Assembly (NCBI GenBank): GCA_965601925.1
Contig: OZ271854.1
Location: forward strand, 416,001 to 480,000
Source: Alkalispirochaeta sp.
GTDB taxonomy: Bacteria > Spirochaetota > Spirochaetia > DSM-27196 > Alkalispirochaetaceae
Direction: 5' to 3'
DNA length: 64,000 nt
Positions within the stretch are counted from its first letter, which is position 1, and each line of letters opens with the position of its first letter. Of the stretch, positions 60,503-64,000 are shown in pieces. Under the pieces are notes generated by a model that was not told the DNA's origin, did not search any database, and saw only the letters and a program-made list of their open reading frames with translations. The translations under genes were made by a program, and so were the position numbers.

Positions 60503-62656
60503 CTACCGCAGGGTGACCAGATCCCGCAGCGTCACCAACATCTCCCGTCGAATCCCATTGTCGGTGCCTTCCTCAATTCGTTCTCGAAGGTACTCCAATT
60601 GCTCCGCCGGCTCGCTGAAGAACGAGAGATCCTCCAGGATCTCGGTAATATCGAGCAGCGCGCTCCGATATCCGGCGTTCTCAAATGCGCGGTCGTATGA
60701 ACGAATGCGTGTCAAAAGCTCGGGAAACACGCCGCTCATCTCCGGAGAACCGACGAAGGTATCGAGCAGAAACTTCGACTCCACCAGCCCCGCTTCATCC
60801 TCCATCGTGACCCGACTGTGACGGTCCACGAACTCGCGATACCGCGTCTGCAGTCCGTCCAGGGTGGCCACCGTCTCCTGAAGTGCGTCGGCCTCCCGTC
60901 GGGACGCACGCAGACGATCGGCGTAGTCTGCGCGCTCTGCGCGGAGATCGCGGATTTCGCCGGAGGCGATGTCCAGGGCCGCGTTGAGTTCGACGATTCG
61001 CGCCTCCGCGGCGGCGGAGGCCTCGATCGCCGCCTGAGTCGAGCGCTCGGCGGCGGACTCCACGTCCGTTTGCAACCGGGCGATTCGCCCCAGATGCTGC
61101 TCGACCTCATTCGCGAGACGTTGCCGATCGTTCCGCAACGTCTCGGCGGCAGCCTCCGACTCCTCGAGGCGAGCGTCCACATCGGCGATCGCGGCGCGGA
61201 GCTCATCGATTTCAAGCCGACTTTCGGCAATCTCCCCCTCAAGAGTTGCCTCCCGATCCTCCAAGAGAGCGATCGTTTGTACGTACCGTTCGTTTTCCGC
61301 CTCCGAAGTCTCGAGCAGAGCCTCCAACGGCCCGATGATCGCCTGCGCCTCACGCCGGGTGCGCCCGACCTCTCTGTCGACGACGAAGGCGTGGGCCGCC
61401 TCGAGTCCCGACACTTCGGCAAGGGCCGCCCGATACGACGCAGCGGCGCGCTCCTCGTCGAGAGCCGCGAGGGACGTACCGGCCGAATCGAGGTGAGTGC
61501 CGATGTTCTGGAGCCGCTCCAGCCGCTCGGCGATCGAAGCGGCCTCATCACGTGCATCACCCTCGGCCGCGATCAATCGGTCTATCGCATCGACCATAAA
61601 CAGGTCGATCTCGCGGCGTGGATAGGCGATCGGCACGCCCTCGGTCGGATCGATGAAACTCCTGAACGCCGCAATCGACTCGCGCGCCTCGTCATACTCG
61701 TTTTGCCTGACCGCGGCACGGAGGCGCGCAAGGTGCCCCGATACCTGATTGTTCAAACTCTCTTCCGCCTCACGCTGTCGCGCCAGCTCGTCCAACCGCG
61801 CTTGCGCCGCCCTTACATCGGCCTCCGCGGCCTCCCGGCTCTCTCTAAGCGCTACCGTGCGCATCTCCAACCGGCGGCGGAGGTCCGCTTCCCGCTCCTG
61901 AAATGAGACGACAAGAGCGGCGCGCTCGGCGTTTAACTGCGACAACTGTGTATCGTACTCGACCTGGATACGTTGCATATCCTCTTCCAGCCGTCGTCGC
62001 TCCGTCTCCAACTGAGCGCGAAAGGCCTCTAAGTCGCGGTCGACCACAATAGCGCGGTCCTCCTCGTAGGAGCTCAATCGACTCTCCAAATCGCGGCCCG
62101 CTATACCCTGTTGCACCAGACGGCGCCGTTCGGCGTCCAACTCGGCATCCAACCGGCCGCGCAGCGTCTCTTCGCGCTCGCGGATCTGCTCTTCGATGGA
62201 CTGGAGGAGCTCATTGCGCTCCATTGCGACCGCGCGAAGCCGACCTTGAATTTCGGAGATCTCGCGCTCTTTTTGCTGCAGTTGGTCGCGCGATTCCGCC
62301 TGCAGTTGCCGAATCAGTTGATTCTCGACGGTCGCGAACACCGCTCTGCGTTCTCGGAACTGTTGATCGTCCTGTCGGAAGAACAGCCACAGCAAGACCA
62401 CCGACACGCCGATCACGACCAACGCGGCGACGTTGACGACAAGTGGAAAAAGCATCCCCTTTTTCGCCTTCACCACGAACAGATCGTCGCTCAGCTCGAT
62501 CTTATGCGCGTCTACTATCTCATCGAGATGATCGACGATTTCCTTTTTTTCTTCTTCCGAGATACCGGAGACGGTTTTAAGCGACGGTTCGTTTCCCACG
62601 TATGTAAATATAACATGTCCGGCCGCGAGCGAGCCTCTCCTCACGAGAGTTAGCAT
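60503..62656 (-). CDS. membrane-anchored long coiled-coil protein
   Basis: One TM helix, then extensive E/R/A/L/Q heptad-rich sequence; GGAGAGG RBS before ATG 62656. Confidence 0.8.
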   Translation of the reverse strand: MLTLVRRGSLAAGHVIFTYVGNEPSLKTVSGISEEEKKEIVDHLDEIVDAHKIELSDDLFVVKAKKGMLFPLVVNVAALVVIGVSVVLLWLFFRQDDQQFRERRAVFATVENQLIRQLQAESRDQLQQKEREISEIQGRLRAVAMERNELLQSIEEQIREREETLRGRLDAELDAERRRLVQQGIAGRDLESRLSSYEEDRAIVVDRDLEAFRAQLETERRRLEEDMQRIQVEYDTQLSQLNAERAALVVSFQEREADLRRRLEMRTVALRESREAAEADVRAAQARLDELARQREAEESLNNQVSGHLARLRAAVRQNEYDEARESIAAFRSFIDPTEGVPIAYPRREIDLFMVDAIDRLIAAEGDARDEAASIAERLERLQNIGTHLDSAGTSLAALDEERAAASYRAALAEVSGLEAAHAFVVDREVGRTRREAQAIIGPLEALLETSEAENERYVQTIALLEDREATLEGEIAESRLEIDELRAAIADVDARLEESEAAAETLRNDRQRLANEVEQHLGRIARLQTDVESAAERSTQAAIEASAAAEARIVELNAALDIASGEIRDLRAERADYADRLRASRREADALQETVATLDGLQTRYREFVDRHSRVTMEDEAGLVESKFLLDTFVGSPEMSGVFPELLTRIRSYDRAFENAGYRSALLDITEILEDLSFFSEPAEQLEYLRERIEEGTDNGIRREMLVTLRDLVTLR

Positions 62657-62747
62657 GTACCTCTCCGAGCCCCATCGCCGGGAGACACGGGAAATCATTG
62701 ACACGGGGAGGTCGATTCTATAGAGTCGGAATTCGCATTGACACGAT

Positions 62748-62831
62748 GCCCGAGTGGCGGAATTGGTAGACGCGCTAGGTTCAGGGTCTAGTGGGGGCAA
62801 CCCCGTGAAGGTTCAAGTCCTTTCTCGGGCA
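62748..62831 (+). tRNA. tRNA-Leu(CAG), CCA not encoded
   Basis: GCCCGAG/CTCGGGC acceptor stem, anticodon loop TTCAGGG, long variable arm, GGTTCAAGTCC; upstream TTGACA-N17-TAGAGT. Confidence 0.96.
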
Positions 62832-62870
62832 AAGGAAAAAGGCGATCCGTGAGGGTCGCCTTTTTCCTTT
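62831..62870. terminator. bidirectional-type terminator after tRNA
   Basis: AAAGGAAAAAGGCGATCC-gtga-GGGTCGCCTTTTTCCTTT. Confidence 0.85.
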
Positions 62871-63222
62871 GGGGCCCCGAGATAGGGCTTGAAACGGAGG
62901 TGCGGCGCGAAACCCGGACGTACCGCAACGAAGTGAGGAACGTGCGGTTGGAGCGCCGAGGCACAGGATGTGCCGAGAGCACCGTAGGCGGCCTGAAGTC
63001 CCGAGCCACATAATAGCGGGAGCCAAGCCGCCTCCCGCCCCACCGACATAAAAATCATTGACAGAATACCGACCCGCATGTGACCATTACTATGATACAC
63101 GTATCAAACGGAGTCTTTTGGCTCGGCGGATACGTCCCCACCATCTATACAAAGTCCTCCATGTAATCTCAAACCGTTCACGAGCCCCAAAAAGTGACGA
63201 CATCACACGAGGAGGCATAGCC

Positions 63223-63648
63223 ATGTTACGAAAGATTGTCGTTGTTGTACTCTTTGGTACGGTTTCGACGGTTTCCGCTCAAATGCGGGTCAACTTCACC
63301 GAGGCGTTTTTCGCTCCGGAGGACTACTTGGACCAGGAGGTAGTTTTCTCCCGCGTGTTCGCCGGCGATATGTTCAACATGAATCTCGAGTCGGGCGGCG
63401 GCGACACGTTTCTTCTCAGGATTGAGGATGATGTGCGGAACTTCGTCGGCGGTCCCGGAGCCCCGTTCGTCCCCATCCTGCCCGAGAGACTCGCACGCCA
63501 ATGGGAGGCGCTGGAGCTCGGATCGGTGGAACTCCGCCGATCGAATGTACACGGGCGTCTGTACCGGGGCGAACATTGGATCATCCTGGAGATTAACAAA
63601 ATCGAAATGCTCAGTGCGACCGGCGCTGTGCTGGACGTCATAGATTAA
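63223..63648 (+). CDS. small exported hypothetical protein
   Basis: GAGGAGG RBS; MLRKIVVVVLFGTVSTVSAQ signal peptide. Confidence 0.78.
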   Translation: MLRKIVVVVLFGTVSTVSAQMRVNFTEAFFAPEDYLDQEVVFSRVFAGDMFNMNLESGGGDTFLLRIEDDVRNFVGGPGAPFVPILPERLARQWEALELGSVELRRSNVHGRLYRGEHWIILEINKIEMLSATGAVLDVID

Positions 63649-63656
63649 CGAGTCGC

Positions 63657-64000
63657 CTACAACCTCCCGACGATCTCCGGCTCGGCGTTCTGGAGTCGTC
63701 GCGGCGGTACCCCGGCGATGATCGCCTCGAGATCGTCGGCCACCATGCGGCCGATGAGGAGGAGATCCTCGGTGACCGAGCCCGCTCTATGCGCTGAAAG
63801 TACCGTATTGGGTGCACGGCGGATCGGATGGTCCGCCGACAGCGGCTCCGCGGGAAAGACGTCGATCGCCGCTTTGATTCGCCGGTCGTGCAGTACGTCG
63901 GTCAACGCGTCGAAGTCGACGACGTGCGCGCGACTCAAAAGTGCGAAGACGGCGCCGCGTTTCATGCTCTCCAGAAGGGTCCGATCGATCATGTGACGGT
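63657..64000 (-). CDS. D-isomer-specific 2-hydroxyacid dehydrogenase, C-terminal part
   Basis: LSRA, AAIDVFPAEP, LSAHRAG. Confidence 0.85.
   Translation of the reverse strand, partial: RHMIDRTLLESMKRGAVFALLSRAHVVDFDALTDVLHDRRIKAAIDVFPAEPLSADHPIRRAPNTVLSAHRAGSVTEDLLLIGRMVADDLEAIIAGVPPRRLQNAEPEIVGRL

Noticed and set aside
62832..64000. Genomic island or prophage integrated at tRNA-Leu
   Set aside because: No integrase or direct att repeat visible in the window

Overview
GC-rich bacterial chromosome segment, most likely from a free-living spirochaete (inferred from gene order and protein character, not from a marker search). In order it carries: a sugar ABC operon with a GntR/LacI regulator; a housekeeping block pyrG-lptCAB-rpoN-hpf-hprK-ptsH-ntrY/X-like-lexA-holA; cheR-cheB; a rare-sugar uptake and catabolism cluster; a TPP-riboswitch ykoFEDC thiamine-precursor transporter; a diguanylate cyclase, lipB, rseC-like, a degenerate ymdB, hsp20 and a DUF2797-like gene. 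A complete type I-C CRISPR-Cas locus follows, flanked by two arrays, then a HAD hydrolase, a truncated CysJ-like flavoprotein, a nine-domain surface lipoprotein, typA, an adenylate cyclase cluster and tRNA-Leu(CAG). The best find lies between cas3 and cas5, after an inserted mazEF module. A solitary degenerate CRISPR repeat (42095-42122) is followed by a 24-nt spacer and a terminator. The spacer matches a site about 260 bp upstream that has a TTC PAM and overlaps the -10/start region of a TTGACA-N17-TACCAT promoter, with mismatches only at positions 6 and 12 over 17 nt. This looks like a CreA/CreR-type Cascade-guided repression circuit controlling an unannotated transcript. Also found: a decayed cas2 in front of array 1, an internal cas11 start in cas8c, and many apparently leaderless genes.
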